Source of the DNA: Candidatus Eiseniibacteriota bacterium
GTDB taxonomy: Bacteria > Eisenbacteria > RBG-16-71-46
NCBI GenBank assembly: GCA_031370785.1
Contig: JANMQY010000015.1
Location: forward strand, 1-64,000
Length of the DNA stretch: 64,000 nucleotides
Direction: 5' to 3'
Shown here: one piece after another, positions 31,161 to 41,301 of the stretch
Layout: each line of letters opens with the position of its first letter
How positions within the stretch are numbered: position 1 is the stretch's first letter
Made by a program: the position numbers and the translations under genes
Notes under the pieces: generated by a model
Seen by the model: the letters and a program-made list of their open reading frames with translations, nothing else
Databases searched by the model: none
Told to the model about the DNA's origin: nothing

Positions 31161-32047
31161 CCGTGACCGTAGATGATGTACACCACCGCAGCGAGGTAGA
31201 GCAGCACACAAACGCCGAGCGGGCGATCGCTGAGCAGCACCTGCGAGGGGTCTTCGCTGCTCTCGGAGACGCGCACCAGATACAGGTAGCGGAAGATGCC
31301 ATACGCCACCAGCGGCACGGTGTAGAGCAGCGCCTCGGTGCCGAACTTGGCGACGGTGCCCGGCCAGATGGTGTAGAGCGCGTAGCCCATCAGGCTCGAG
31401 GAGGCGGAGACCAGCAGCAGGCCGTCGAGCAGCTCCGCCGTGTAGTAGTGGAGCACCGCGCGCCGCTCGCCGGCGCCGCTGCCGGCATTGGTAATCTCGC
31501 GGCGCCGCTTGGCCAGCCCGAGGAACAGCGCGCCGAAGAAAGTGCACACCAGCAGCCACGGCGAGAGCGCGGTGGCGGGCGCGACCGGCAGCAGCAGCTC
31601 GACTCCGGCCATGGCGCGCAGCACGAAGCCGAGCGCGAGGATGAACACGTCGATCAGCACCTGATTCTTGAGCCCGAAGCTGTAAGCGAGGTTGAGTACG
31701 AAGTAGATCGCTGCGACCTCGGTAAAGCCGGCGCCCAGCCACCACGAGATCGCCACCACCACCGCGAGCAGCGGAAACAGCGCGCCCAACGCCACCGCGA
31801 CCGGCAGGCGGCCCGATGCGATCGGGCGCAGGCGCTTTTTTGGATGGAGCCGGTCCGCCCTCACGTCCATCAGGTCATTGAGCAGGTAGACCGAACCCGA
31901 AAGCAGCGAGAACGCGACGAAGCCCGCGACCGCCCGCAGCGCGAGCGCGGGGTCGCTCACCTGGCGCGAGAACAGCACGCCAGCGAACAGCAGCAGGTTC
32001 TTGGTCCACTGCTTGGGCCGCAGCGCCTGGATGAGCGGGACGATCAT
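31157..32047 (-). CDS. UbiA-family decaprenyl-phosphate phosphoribosyltransferase
   Basis: LRPKQWTKN, YLLNDLMD..DRLHPKK..RPIASG and KRRRE motifs. Confidence 0.9.
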   Translation of the reverse strand: MIVPLIQALRPKQWTKNLLLFAGVLFSRQVSDPALALRAVAGFVAFSLLSGSVYLLNDLMDVRADRLHPKKRLRPIASGRLPVAVALGALFPLLAVVVAISWWLGAGFTEVAAIYFVLNLAYSFGLKNQVLIDVFILALGFVLRAMAGVELLLPVAPATALSPWLLVCTFFGALFLGLAKRRREITNAGSGAGERRAVLHYYTAELLDGLLLVSASSSLMGYALYTIWPGTVAKFGTEALLYTVPLVAYGIFRYLYLVRVSESSEDPSQVLLSDRPLGVCVLLYLAAVVYIIYGHG

Positions 32048-32763
32048 CGGCGAGCGCTCCCGCGCGACGCGGCACGCTTCGGACGTGCGCGCTTCGCCGG
32101 TGCGCGTCGTGAGGCGCGAGCGCGCTTCTTCGCGCCCGAGGCGCGGCCGGGGAGCGGGCGTACCGGGAACAGCGTGCGCTCGATCAGCTCGCACAGCGCA
32201 TGGCCCATCGCGATGTGCCCTTCCTGGATGCGTGGCGTCGAAGCGCTGGGCGTGATCAGCGCGTGGTCGCAGAGGCGCGCGAAGCGCTGGCCCTTCTCGC
32301 CGGTCATCCCGATGACGGTCATGCCGAGCCCGTGTGCGACTTCGATCGCCTGCATCACGTTCGGAGAATTGCCGCTGGTGCTGATCGCCACCAGCACGTC
32401 ACCCGGCGTGCCCAGCCCCTCGAGCTGGCGCGAGAACACACGGTCGAAGCCATAGTCGTTGCCGATCGCGGTGAGCGAGGACACGTTGGTGGTGAGCGCG
32501 ACCGCGGCCAGCGACGGACGATCGACGAAATAGCGCCCGGCCAGCTCGGCGGCCAGGTGCTGCGCGTCGGCCGCGCTCCCGCCGTTGCCGCAGAAGAACA
32601 CGGTGCCGCCCGACTCCAGGCATTCGATCGCGGCCTCGGCCGCGCCGGCCACGGCGCGCGTCGCGGCGCGCTCGAGCCGCATCAGCGAGCGACCTGAATC
32701 GCGCAGCATCGCGCGCGCCTGACGCTCGAGGGGACCACGCGAGTTTCGAGAAGAAGGGCTCAC
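32044..32763 (-). CDS. gmhA: D-sedoheptulose 7-phosphate isomerase
   Basis: GNGGSAADAQH, TAIGNDYG, STSGNS and TPRIQEGH motifs. Confidence 0.93.
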   Translation of the reverse strand: MSPSSRNSRGPLERQARAMLRDSGRSLMRLERAATRAVAGAAEAAIECLESGGTVFFCGNGGSAADAQHLAAELAGRYFVDRPSLAAVALTTNVSSLTAIGNDYGFDRVFSRQLEGLGTPGDVLVAISTSGNSPNVMQAIEVAHGLGMTVIGMTGEKGQRFARLCDHALITPSASTPRIQEGHIAMGHALCELIERTLFPVRPLPGRASGAKKRARASRRAPAKRARPKRAASRGSARR

Positions 32764-33626
32764 TTGGAATCCTTTCCGGTGGGCGCGCCTGCGCCCGCGA
32801 GGTAGCGATCGACGGCGTCCTGCCAGGGCGGCAGCGCGGCGCCGGTGACCTGCCGGTAGAGATCGTTGCTCAGCACTGAATATGCCGGTCGTGGCGCGGG
32901 CCGCGCCAGACTCTTCGAGTCGGTACGAGCGAGCGGCGCCTTCACCTCGGCGCGCGCGAGAACGTACTCGGCCAGGTCGTACCAGGTGCACTCGCCCGCG
33001 CCGGTGCAGTGGAAAGTGCCGTAATGCGCGCCCTCGGCCAGGCGGATCAGTGCTCCGGCCAGATCGCGGGTCCAGGTCGGCGAGCCGCGCTGGTCGTCCA
33101 CCACGCGCAGCGATTCTCCCGCGCGCGCCTTGCGCAGGATGGTGTCGATGAAGTTCGAGCCGCCCTTGCCGTATAACCAGCTGGTGCGCACGATCGCGTG
33201 GCGCGAGTACAGCTCGCGCACCGCCTGCTCGCCCGCCCACTTGGACGCGCCGTACACCGAGCGCGGCCCCGGCTCGTCGTATTCCCGATACGGGCGGCTC
33301 GCATCACCCGCGAACACGTAGTCGGTCGAGATGGTGACCAGGCCTGCATTCACGCGCGCCGCAGCCAGGGCGGCGTTGCGCGCGCCCAGGGCGTTCACCC
33401 GGTGCGCGCGGTCGGGATCCGACTCGCACTCGTCCACGCGGGTGTACGCGGCGAGATGGAAGATCCAGTCGGGCGCGAACGTACGCAGCGCATGATCGAG
33501 CGCATCCGGCCGCGAGACGTCCGCGTCGGCGCGCTTGAGTCCGAGCACCGCGTGACCGGCCTCTTCGAGCTGCGGAACGAGCGCGTGCCCCAGCATCCCA
33601 CCCGCACCGGTCACCAGCGCCTTCAC
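32760..33626 (-). CDS. rfbD: dTDP-4-dehydrorhamnose reductase
   Basis: GAGGMLG, ISTDYVF, YGASK, DDQRGSPT and RPAYSVL motifs. Confidence 0.94.
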   Translation of the reverse strand: MKALVTGAGGMLGHALVPQLEEAGHAVLGLKRADADVSRPDALDHALRTFAPDWIFHLAAYTRVDECESDPDRAHRVNALGARNAALAAARVNAGLVTISTDYVFAGDASRPYREYDEPGPRSVYGASKWAGEQAVRELYSRHAIVRTSWLYGKGGSNFIDTILRKARAGESLRVVDDQRGSPTWTRDLAGALIRLAEGAHYGTFHCTGAGECTWYDLAEYVLARAEVKAPLARTDSKSLARPAPRPAYSVLSNDLYRQVTGAALPPWQDAVDRYLAGAGAPTGKDSK

Positions 33627-34747
33627 GCCAGCTCCACCCGGCTCGAATCGCCGAGCATCAGCCGGTGCGTGCGCGGGCGCGTGCCGCTCGCGCACACCAC
33701 CGCGTCCTTGCCGATCAGGCTCGACTCGATGCGCACGGTGAGGTTCTCGAGCCGGCTGCGCTCGAGCACGATCGAGTGTTCGATCTCGCAATGGTTCAGA
33801 GTCACGCCGTCCCCGATCGCGGTGAACGGACCGACGTAGGCGTCGCGGATCACCGCGTTCTCGCCGATCACGAGCGGCCCACGCAGCTTCGAGCGCTCGA
33901 TCACCGTGCCCTTGCCGATCTGGACTGCGCCCTCGATCGAGGTCGCCGCATCGATCCGCCCGTGATTGGCGCCGATGAGATCGGTGAGGATGATGCGATT
34001 GGCCTCGAGCATGTCCTCGACCTTGCCGGTGTCCTTCCACCAGCCGGTGATGACATGCGATCGCACGCGCTTGCCCGAGCTGATCAGGTGCTGGATCGCA
34101 TCGGTGATCTCGAGCTCGCCACGCCGGCTCGGCTGGATCGCGCGCACCGCATCGAAGATGCTGCGGTCGAACAGGTACACGCCGACCAGCGCCAGATCGC
34201 TCTTGGGATGTTTTGGCTTTTCCTCGAGGCGCACCACGCGGTCGCCGTCCAGCTCGGCCACGCCGAAGTCCTGCGGGGTCTTGACGTGCGCGAGCAGGAT
34301 CTGCGCATTCGGCTTCTCGCTCTCGAACTCACGCACGAAAGGCGTGATCCCGTCGCGAATGAGATTGTCGCCGAGGTACATCACGAACGGCTCGCCAGCC
34401 ATGAACTCCTCGGAGATCTTGACCGCGTGCGCAAGCCCGAGCGGCGCCTCCTGCTCGATGTAGGTGACGTCGAGCCCGAACGCGGAGCCATCGCCGACCG
34501 CGGCGCGGATCTCGGCCTGGCTGTTCACCAGCACCGTCATCAGCTCACCGGTGCGCCGATCGGGCTCGAGCATCTCGCGCGGATCGCTGACCACGATCCC
34601 GACTTTTTTGATGCCCGAGTCGCGGATCGCTTCCAGGCCATAGAACAGCACCGGCTTGTTGGCCACCGGCACGAGTTGTTTCGCACTGGTGTGCGTGATC
34701 GGCCTCAAGCGCGTACCGCGGCCTCCGGCAAGGACCAGTGCCTTCAT
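33623..34747 (-). CDS. rfbA: Glucose-1-phosphate thymidylyltransferase (long form)
   Basis: LAGGRGTRLRPITHTSAKQLVPVANKP, RGELEITDA and WWKDTG motifs; C-terminal hexapeptide region. Confidence 0.92.
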   Translation of the reverse strand: MKALVLAGGRGTRLRPITHTSAKQLVPVANKPVLFYGLEAIRDSGIKKVGIVVSDPREMLEPDRRTGELMTVLVNSQAEIRAAVGDGSAFGLDVTYIEQEAPLGLAHAVKISEEFMAGEPFVMYLGDNLIRDGITPFVREFESEKPNAQILLAHVKTPQDFGVAELDGDRVVRLEEKPKHPKSDLALVGVYLFDRSIFDAVRAIQPSRRGELEITDAIQHLISSGKRVRSHVITGWWKDTGKVEDMLEANRIILTDLIGANHGRIDAATSIEGAVQIGKGTVIERSKLRGPLVIGENAVIRDAYVGPFTAIGDGVTLNHCEIEHSIVLERSRLENLTVRIESSLIGKDAVVCASGTRPRTHRLMLGDSSRVELA

Positions 34748-34793
34748 GCGACCTTCCCGCGCCGGCACTGGGCCCGGCGAGCCGTGCCCGGGC

Positions 34794-37520
34794 TCAACTC
34801 CCGAGCGCCTGCTGAATCAGGCGACGCGCTTCCGCGAGCGCCTCGCCGAGCTTCTCGACATCCTTGCCGCCGGCGAGCGCGAGGTGCGGTTTGCCGCCGC
34901 CCGAGCCGCCGGTGATCTTCGCGACCGCGCGCACCAGCTCGTCCGCGCGCAGTTTCTTCTCGGCGACCAGGTCGTCGCTGACCGCGGCGACGAACGTGAG
35001 CTTGCCGCCGCCCGCGATCGCGAGCAGCGCCGCGCCGCGCCCGAGCTTGCCGCGCAGCGCATCCGCCGCCTCGCGCACCGCTCCCGCGTCGGCGTCGGCT
35101 CCGAGTTCCGCGACCACCCAGCGCCCGCCCGGGGCGACCGTCGCTCCTTCGGCGAGCTTCGCCATCTCGGCTTCGAGCCCACCCTTCTGCAGCTCGGCCT
35201 GTGCCTTCTTGAGCGCCGCATTCTCGGCCTTGAGCTTCTCGATCTGATCTGCAAGCTGTGCCGGGTTCGCCTGCAGCACCGCCGCGGCGCGCGCCAGCGT
35301 CTCGTGCTCGATGCGTGCGTGGCCGAGCGCTTCGTGCCCGCACAACGCCTCGATGCGGCGTACGCCGCTCGCGATCGTGCCGTCGGACACCACGACGAAC
35401 GCGCCGATGTCGCCGGTCCGCGTGACGTGCGTGCCTCCACACAGCTCTCGACTCGGCTCGATCTCCGCCTCGGGCACGCCCTCGACCGTCACCATTCGCA
35501 CCTCGGCGCCGTACTTCTCGCCAAACAGGGCCATCGCGCCCTGCGCCCTGGCCTCGGCGATCGGCATCACCTTCCACGACACCTCGCGGTTGGCGAGCAC
35601 CCAATCGTTGATCTCACGCTCGATTTTCTCGAGCTGCTCTCGCGAAGGCGCCTCGAAGTGCGTGTAGTCGAAGCGGAGCCGATCCGGCGCGACCAAGGAT
35701 CCGGCCTGGCGCACGTGGGTCCCGAGCGCGCGACGCAGCGTGGCGTGCAGAAGGTGCGTGGCGGTGTGGTGGCGCTGGGTCGGCGCCCGGTGCGCCGAAT
35801 CGACCCTCGCGGCCAGACGTCCGGCCTTGCCCGCCACGATCAGCGCGTCGCGGCCGCCGCGGGTCACGCGCGCGCGATGCACGATGCTCTCGCCTTCGCG
35901 ATAGACATGCGTCAGCTCGGCCGCGACGCCATCCGCCTCGATCCAGCCGCGATCCGCGACCTGTCCGCCTGATTCCGCGTACAAGGGCGTCTTGTCCAGC
36001 ACCAGCTCGAGCTCATGACCCTTCGCGCGCCAGCGGCGCAGCGTCACACCGTCGGCGCGGAGCGAGTCGTAGCCGACGAAGCGCGAGTCGGGGCCGGTGG
36101 TGACTTCGGTCCATGCCGCGGCCTCTCCTTCGCCGCCGGTCTTCGCGAACTTGCTGGCGGCGCGAGCACGCGTGCGCTGACCTTCCATCGCGCGCTCGAA
36201 GGTCTCGCGATCCACCGTGACCCCGCGCTCGGCCACAATCTCCTCCGTCAGCTCGATCGGGAATCCGTAGGTGTCGTGCAGCACGAAAGCGTCGTCACCC
36301 GAAAGTTTCTTCGCACCGGTGCCGAGCAGCTCTTCCAAGCGCGCGGCGCCAGCTTCGAACGTCTGAGCGAACGTCGCCTCCTCCTGGCCGAGCACGCGCT
36401 CGATGGCCGCGTGCTGCTCCTCGAGCTCGCGATAGTGAACGGAGAAGTCCTTGATCAGGCGGTGCGCTGCGCGGGGGAGAAACGCCTCGCGGATCGCAAG
36501 CCCCTGCTTGGACCTCCCGCGCGTCACCGCGCGTCGCAGCAGCCGGCGCAGCACGTAACCCGCGCTCTCATTGCTCGGAAGCGCGCCTTCGGCAATCGCA
36601 AAGGTGAGCGCGCGGACGTGATCCGCGATGATTCGCGCGTCACGGGTCGCGGCCTTCGGATCGAGCGGCGCGCCGCTTGCGAGCTTGCGCACCTCGCCCA
36701 CGACGGGCGCGAACAGATCAGTCTCGAAGATCGTGCTCTTCCCTTGCACGATCAGCGCGAGTCGCTCGAGGCCCATTCCGGTGTCGATGCCAGGGCGCGG
36801 CAGGGGCTTGAGTGAGCCGTCCTTCTGCGCGTCGAACTGCGGGAACACCAGATTCCAGAACTCCATGAAGCGATCGCCGGCGTCTCCCGGCTTCTCACCC
36901 CAGAATGCATCCTTCGGCAGATAGTCGGGACGCTTCTCGCCGAGATCGAAGTAGATCTCGCTCGAGGGTCCGCACGCGCCGGTCGCTCCGGCCGGACCCC
37001 AGAAGTTGTCCTTTCGCCCGAGCGCGACGATGTGATCGGCGGCCACACCGATCTTCTTCCATAGCGTCGCGGCTTCGTCGTCACGCGGCAGCGCGCCTTC
37101 GCCTTCGAAGATCGAGACGAACAGCCGGTCCTTGGGCATGCCCAGCACCTGGGTCGTGAACTCCCAGGCGAACCGGATCGCCTCTTCCTTGAAGTAGGCG
37201 CCCTTCTCGCGTGGGCCGAACGAAAAGTTGCCCAGCATCTCGAAGAAGGTGTCGTGGCGCGGAGTCAAACCGACGTTCTCGAGGTCGGTCAGGCGCAGAC
37301 ACTTCTGGATCGAGACCGCCCGGGTGTAAGGCACATCGCTCGCCGTGTAGTAGGGCTTGAACTGCACCATCCCGGCGGTGGTGAACAGGAGCGTCGGGTC
37401 GTTGGGCACCAATGGAGATGAGGGCACCACGGTGTGCCCGTTCTTCTGGAAGAAATCGAGGAACGCGCGGCGCAGCTCGGCGGCAGTGGTGGGTCTGGGC
37501 GAGGTCTGCGATGAAGTCAT
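34794..37520 (-). CDS. alaS: Alanine--tRNA ligase
   Basis: DPTLLFTTAGMVQFK, HDTFFEMLGNFSFG, HTATHLLH, ELCGGTHV and GGGKP motifs. Confidence 0.98.
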   Translation of the reverse strand: MTSSQTSPRPTTAAELRRAFLDFFQKNGHTVVPSSPLVPNDPTLLFTTAGMVQFKPYYTASDVPYTRAVSIQKCLRLTDLENVGLTPRHDTFFEMLGNFSFGPREKGAYFKEEAIRFAWEFTTQVLGMPKDRLFVSIFEGEGALPRDDEAATLWKKIGVAADHIVALGRKDNFWGPAGATGACGPSSEIYFDLGEKRPDYLPKDAFWGEKPGDAGDRFMEFWNLVFPQFDAQKDGSLKPLPRPGIDTGMGLERLALIVQGKSTIFETDLFAPVVGEVRKLASGAPLDPKAATRDARIIADHVRALTFAIAEGALPSNESAGYVLRRLLRRAVTRGRSKQGLAIREAFLPRAAHRLIKDFSVHYRELEEQHAAIERVLGQEEATFAQTFEAGAARLEELLGTGAKKLSGDDAFVLHDTYGFPIELTEEIVAERGVTVDRETFERAMEGQRTRARAASKFAKTGGEGEAAAWTEVTTGPDSRFVGYDSLRADGVTLRRWRAKGHELELVLDKTPLYAESGGQVADRGWIEADGVAAELTHVYREGESIVHRARVTRGGRDALIVAGKAGRLAARVDSAHRAPTQRHHTATHLLHATLRRALGTHVRQAGSLVAPDRLRFDYTHFEAPSREQLEKIEREINDWVLANREVSWKVMPIAEARAQGAMALFGEKYGAEVRMVTVEGVPEAEIEPSRELCGGTHVTRTGDIGAFVVVSDGTIASGVRRIEALCGHEALGHARIEHETLARAAAVLQANPAQLADQIEKLKAENAALKKAQAELQKGGLEAEMAKLAEGATVAPGGRWVVAELGADADAGAVREAADALRGKLGRGAALLAIAGGGKLTFVAAVSDDLVAEKKLRADELVRAVAKITGGSGGGKPHLALAGGKDVEKLGEALAEARRLIQQALGS

Positions 37521-37580
37521 AGGGCCCGGAACATAGCCGATCGGGCCGCGCGGGTGAATCGGGGGCGGACGGAGGCCCCT

Positions 37581-38090
37581 TCAGCTCTCTTGCGGCTCTT
37601 TCAGCTCCAGCGCCTGGCGGATGACGTCGGAGTCGAAGCCCTTCCGCGCGAGCATGGCATAGAGGCGCTGCCGGCGCGTGCGCGGATCGAGCCCCGCGTA
37701 GCGACGCGCGGCCTGGCTGATGACGCGGCGCGCGGTCTCGACTTCGTTGGAGGGGCCGACGCTCTGTTCGAGGATGGCGCGGGCGCGGGAGATGTCTTCG
37801 CGGCTCACGCCCTTCTGGCTCAGCTCCATCTCCAGCCGGCGCCAGCCTGCAGCCCTGCGCCCCCACCGCCCGGCCAACCATGCGCGGGCGTACTCGACGT
37901 CATCGACGAGACCGACCGCGGCGAGCCGGTCGAGAATTCCTTCGACGGTTGCCGCTTCGAAGCCCCGGTCATGCAGGCGCCGCGAAAGCTCACGACGCGT
38001 GCGCTGCGCGTGGTCAAGAAGCTCGAGTGCGGCTTCACGCGCGGCTTCCGGATCAGCGCTCTCTGCTACGTCGATGGATGTCCGGCGCAT
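37581..38090 (-). CDS. recX: Regulatory protein RecX
   Basis: Directly downstream of recA; RTRRELSRRL, GLVDDVEYA and LARKGF motifs. Confidence 0.9.
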   Translation of the reverse strand: MRRTSIDVAESADPEAAREAALELLDHAQRTRRELSRRLHDRGFEAATVEGILDRLAAVGLVDDVEYARAWLAGRWGRRAAGWRRLEMELSQKGVSREDISRARAILEQSVGPSNEVETARRVISQAARRYAGLDPRTRRQRLYAMLARKGFDSDVIRQALELKEPQES

Positions 38091-38163
38091 GGCGATTCCT
38101 TCAACCCCTCCTGGCGAGACCCGCCACGACGCCACCGGCGCCGAGGCGGTTGCACGCCGTGCC

Positions 38164-39378
38164 TTAGCGCTTCCTGTCCCCCGCCATCATCGCGGGCTGC
38201 GGGCGCGCATTAATGGACGGAGGCGCGGACTTCACGGGATCGCTCGCCGTCGGGGCGGCGGTACCGTTCGCGGGGATCGCGGGGGTCGCGGGAGTCACGG
38301 GAGTCGCGGGAGTCGTGGGAGCGGCGCTCGCCGCGGGCGCGTTCGCCATCGGCGCGAACGCCGCGGCCTTGAGGCCGAGCAGGGGCAGCAGCTTGGCTTC
38401 GACCTGCATGCGGATGTCGGGGTGCTCCTTCAGGAACATGCGCGCGTTTTCGCGGCCCTGACCGATGCGCTCCTCGCCGAACGAGAACCAGGTGCCGCTC
38501 TTCTGGATCACGCCGCGGTCGGCGGCGAAGTCGAGGATCTCGCCTTCAAGTGAGATGCCCTCGTTGTAGAGGATGTCGAACTCGGCGTCGCGGAATGGCG
38601 CGGCAACCTTGTTCTTGACCACCTTCACCTTGGTGCGGTTGCCGACCGCCTGCTCGCCTTCCTTGAGGGTCGCGATGCGGCGGATGTCGAGGCGCACCGA
38701 CGCGTAGAACTTGAGCGCGCGTCCACCGGCGGTGGTCTCGGGGTTGCCGAACATCACGCCGATCTGCATGCGGATCTGGTTGATGAAAATGACCGTGGTC
38801 TTGCTCTTGCTGATCGAGCCGGTGAGCTTGCGCAGCGCCTGCGACATGAGCCGCGCCTGCAGGCCCACGTGCGAATCGCCCATCTCGCCTTCGATCTCTG
38901 CGCGCGGCACCAGCGCCGCGACCGAGTCGATCACCACGACGTCCACCGCGCCCGAGCGCACCAGGTGGTCGGTGATCTCGAGCGCCTCTTCGCCGGTGTC
39001 GGGCTGGGCGACGTGCAGGTTCGCGATGTCCACGCCCAGCTTCTGCGCGTAGGCGGCATCGAGCGCGTGCTCGGCGTCGATCATGACCGCATTGCCGCCG
39101 GCGCGCTGCGCGTTGGCGATGATGGTCAGCGCGAGGGTGGTCTTGCCCGAGGATTCGGGGCCGTAGATCTCGACGATGCGCCCGCGCGGCACGCCGCCGA
39201 CGCCGAGCGCCATATCGAGGCCGATCGAGCCGGTCGGAATGATCTCGATCCCGACTTTGCTGGACTCCTCGCCCAGCTTCATGATGGCGCCCTTGCCGAA
39301 CTGCTTTTCGATCTGCTGCAGGGCGAGGTCGAGGGCCTTGAGCTTCTCTTTGGCGGAGGGCGGCGGGTTGACGTTCAT
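38164..39378 (-). CDS. recA: Recombinase RecA with Pro/Ala/Thr-rich tail
   Basis: [30 protein letters not shown] and [11 protein letters not shown] motifs. Confidence 0.98.
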   Translation of the reverse strand: MNVNPPPSAKEKLKALDLALQQIEKQFGKGAIMKLGEESSKVGIEIIPTGSIGLDMALGVGGVPRGRIVEIYGPESSGKTTLALTIIANAQRAGGNAVMIDAEHALDAAYAQKLGVDIANLHVAQPDTGEEALEITDHLVRSGAVDVVVIDSVAALVPRAEIEGEMGDSHVGLQARLMSQALRKLTGSISKSKTTVIFINQIRMQIGVMFGNPETTAGGRALKFYASVRLDIRRIATLKEGEQAVGNRTKVKVVKNKVAAPFRDAEFDILYNEGISLEGEILDFAADRGVIQKSGTWFSFGEERIGQGRENARMFLKEHPDIRMQVEAKLLPLLGLKAAAFAPMANAPAASAAPTTPATPVTPATPAIPANGTAAPTASDPVKSAPPSINARPQPAMMAGDRKR

Positions 39379-39494
39379 GAACGGCGTCTCCTTACGCAGG
39401 GGCGTCTGACTCCATTTGGGGCTTCGAGCGGAGGCTGCGTTCGGCCGCATGTTCGCAGGAGCCGCGGCAGCCCGCCACATCAATGACGGACCGG

Positions 39495-39523
39495 ATACTA
39501 CACATTTGAGCAAGTGGGTCCAA
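39495..39523 (-). promoter_or_regulatory. recA promoter with candidate LexA box in the spacer
   Basis: TTGGAC-N17-TAGTAT; imperfect palindrome TGCTC-AAAT-GTGTA at 39499-39512. Confidence 0.55.
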
Positions 39524-39698
39524 GGGAAAGTTTTCTTCGGTTTGAACAGGGCCCAAGCCGCAACCTCGCTGGAAATCAGCACTCCCTTGTTCTCGTCGAA
39601 TTCTCACGATTTCGAGGCCGTTGCAGCCGTGACCCTGTTCATCAAGCTCCCTAGGTCTGTCGAAAGAGAAGCGCCAGACTCGAAAGGCACATATTCCT

Positions 39699-40324
39699 TC
39701 AGAGCGCGCGCACCGATCCGAAAATACGAGCACCCCCAGAGCCGAGCATTACGACAAGGGTCAACATCTCTGACGCGCCGCGTTCGATTGCACGATTGAA
39801 CCTACGAACCTCGTAGGCACACATGGCAACAGCGCAAGCGCACAAAGTTAGGGCAAACTGCTTTCGTATCGTGTTGTCAAGCAGGCCGCGCTCGACAGGG
39901 TTCGGGTAGGTGTTGGGCAATTCCCAAACGTCTCCAAGCAGGCATTTGACCAAATCGATTCCGATCTGAAATGAGCCGAGGAATCTGTCATCACCTTCTT
40001 GATTGAGGACCGTTGCCACGAACTGGAAGGTCATGGCATTCCAGTCCCCAACCTCGGGCTCCGGAGGATGCTCAGACGCGGCGAGCATCCACAGAGACAG
40101 CCAGCAGATGTCGGGTAACGCCGACTGCTGGGAGGATTTCTCGAAATCGATCAATCGGAACAATTCCCGTGCGCTTCGCTCGTCCTGCTGACTACTCGCG
40201 ACAAGGATGTTGCGACAATTTAGGTCGCCGTGCTGAATGGATTTGAGAAATGGGTGCTTGGCATCCTCCGTATTGGCGAATTTCATCGCAGAGGTACCAA
40301 ACAGGGTTGCAGTACACCTCGGCC
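39699..40324 (-). pseudogene. 5'-truncated APH/phosphotransferase-like kinase gene cut by IS3
   Basis: HGDLNCRNIL catalytic loop and LIDFE motif; no N-lobe; more AT-rich; abuts the IS left end. Confidence 0.65.
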
Positions 40325-40374
40325 TAAACCGCGCCGGGATTCCCGGAGGCTCCATTCCTTGAGAGGATGGGGTC

Positions 40375-40695
40375 ATGGCCCGACCCAGCAGGTTTTCCCC
40401 GGAAGTGCGGGACCGTGCGGTGCGAATGGTCCTGGAACACGCGAACGAGCACGCCTCGCAGTGGGCGGCGATCACGTCGATCGCCGAGAAGATCGGCTGC
40501 TCGTCGGAGACGTTGCGGAACTGGCTTCGCCAGGCTGAGCGAGACCAGGGCAAGCGCCCCGGCCTGACGAGCGACGAACGAGCCCGCCTGAAGGATCTCG
40601 AGCGAGAGAACCGCGAGCTGAAGCGGGCGAACGAGATCCTGCGGTTGGCTTCGGCGCATTTCGCGAAGGCGGATCTCGACCGCCGAGCAAAGTGA
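40375..40695 (+). CDS. IS3 transposase OrfA
   Basis: [29 protein letters not shown] and [15 protein letters not shown] motifs. Confidence 0.92.
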   Translation: MARPSRFSPEVRDRAVRMVLEHANEHASQWAAITSIAEKIGCSSETLRNWLRQAERDQGKRPGLTSDERARLKDLERENRELKRANEILRLASAHFAKADLDRRAK

Positions 40696-41040
40696 TGGTG
40701 GACTTCATCAACGACCACCGCGAGAAGTTCGGGGTCGAGCCGATCTGCAAGGTGCTGCCGATCGCCCCGTCGACGTACCACGAGTTCAAGACCCGGGAGC
40801 GACAGCCCGAGCGCCGGCCGGCGCGTGCGCGGCGCGACGAGGCCCAGTGCGAGCACATCCGACGGGTGTGGCACGAGAACAAGGAAGTCTACGGTCCGCG
40901 CAAGGTGTGGAAGCAGATGAAGCGCGAGGGCCATGTGGTCGCACGCTGCACGGTGGCGCGGCTGATGCGCCGCCTGGGCCTGCAGGGCACGGTGCGGGGC
41001 GGGAAGTTCAAGGTGACGACGATCCCGGACGCGGCGGCGA
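40692..41040 (+). pseudogene. IS3 transposase OrfB N-terminal fragment without the DDE domain
   Basis: FINDHREKFGVEPICKVLPIAPSTY, VYGPRKVW and VARCTVARLM motifs, then unrelated sequence. Confidence 0.85.
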
Positions 41041-41301
41041 TGCGCCGATGGGCGGGGTCGAAAGACCTCACCCATCGCGCGTTTTCGGGGCTCGCGCCCC
41101 AGGGCTCTGCGCCCGCGACCCGCTTCGGGGGTCCTTTCGGACCACCGAAGTTTCCCCCATCGGACCGTGGGCGCGGCATGCCCGAGAGGGCGATATTCAT
41201 CCCGGTTAGATCCCGTGGACTTTTCGGACGGGAACGTTCGGCACGTCGAAGCCGGGCCTCTCCGCATGGCGGACGGCCGGCAACGCGAAAGGAGTCGAGT
41301 C

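Larger units (their letters stand above)
40325..41040 (+). mobile_element. Truncated IS3-family (IS51/IS629-like) insertion sequence
   Basis: Left end TAAACCGCGCCGGGATTCCCGGAG; orfA and orfB; orfB stops resembling transposase after TTIPD; no right IR seen. Confidence 0.88.

Noticed and set aside
39543..39641. Integron attC site
   Set aside because: Has AAC/GTT triplets but not RYYYAAC/GTTRRRY; no integrase or cassette array
41230..41295. NiCo (czcD) or Moco riboswitch
   Set aside because: Only partial motifs (GCCGGGC..GGCAAC; GAAAGGAG); the conserved 5' elements are missing
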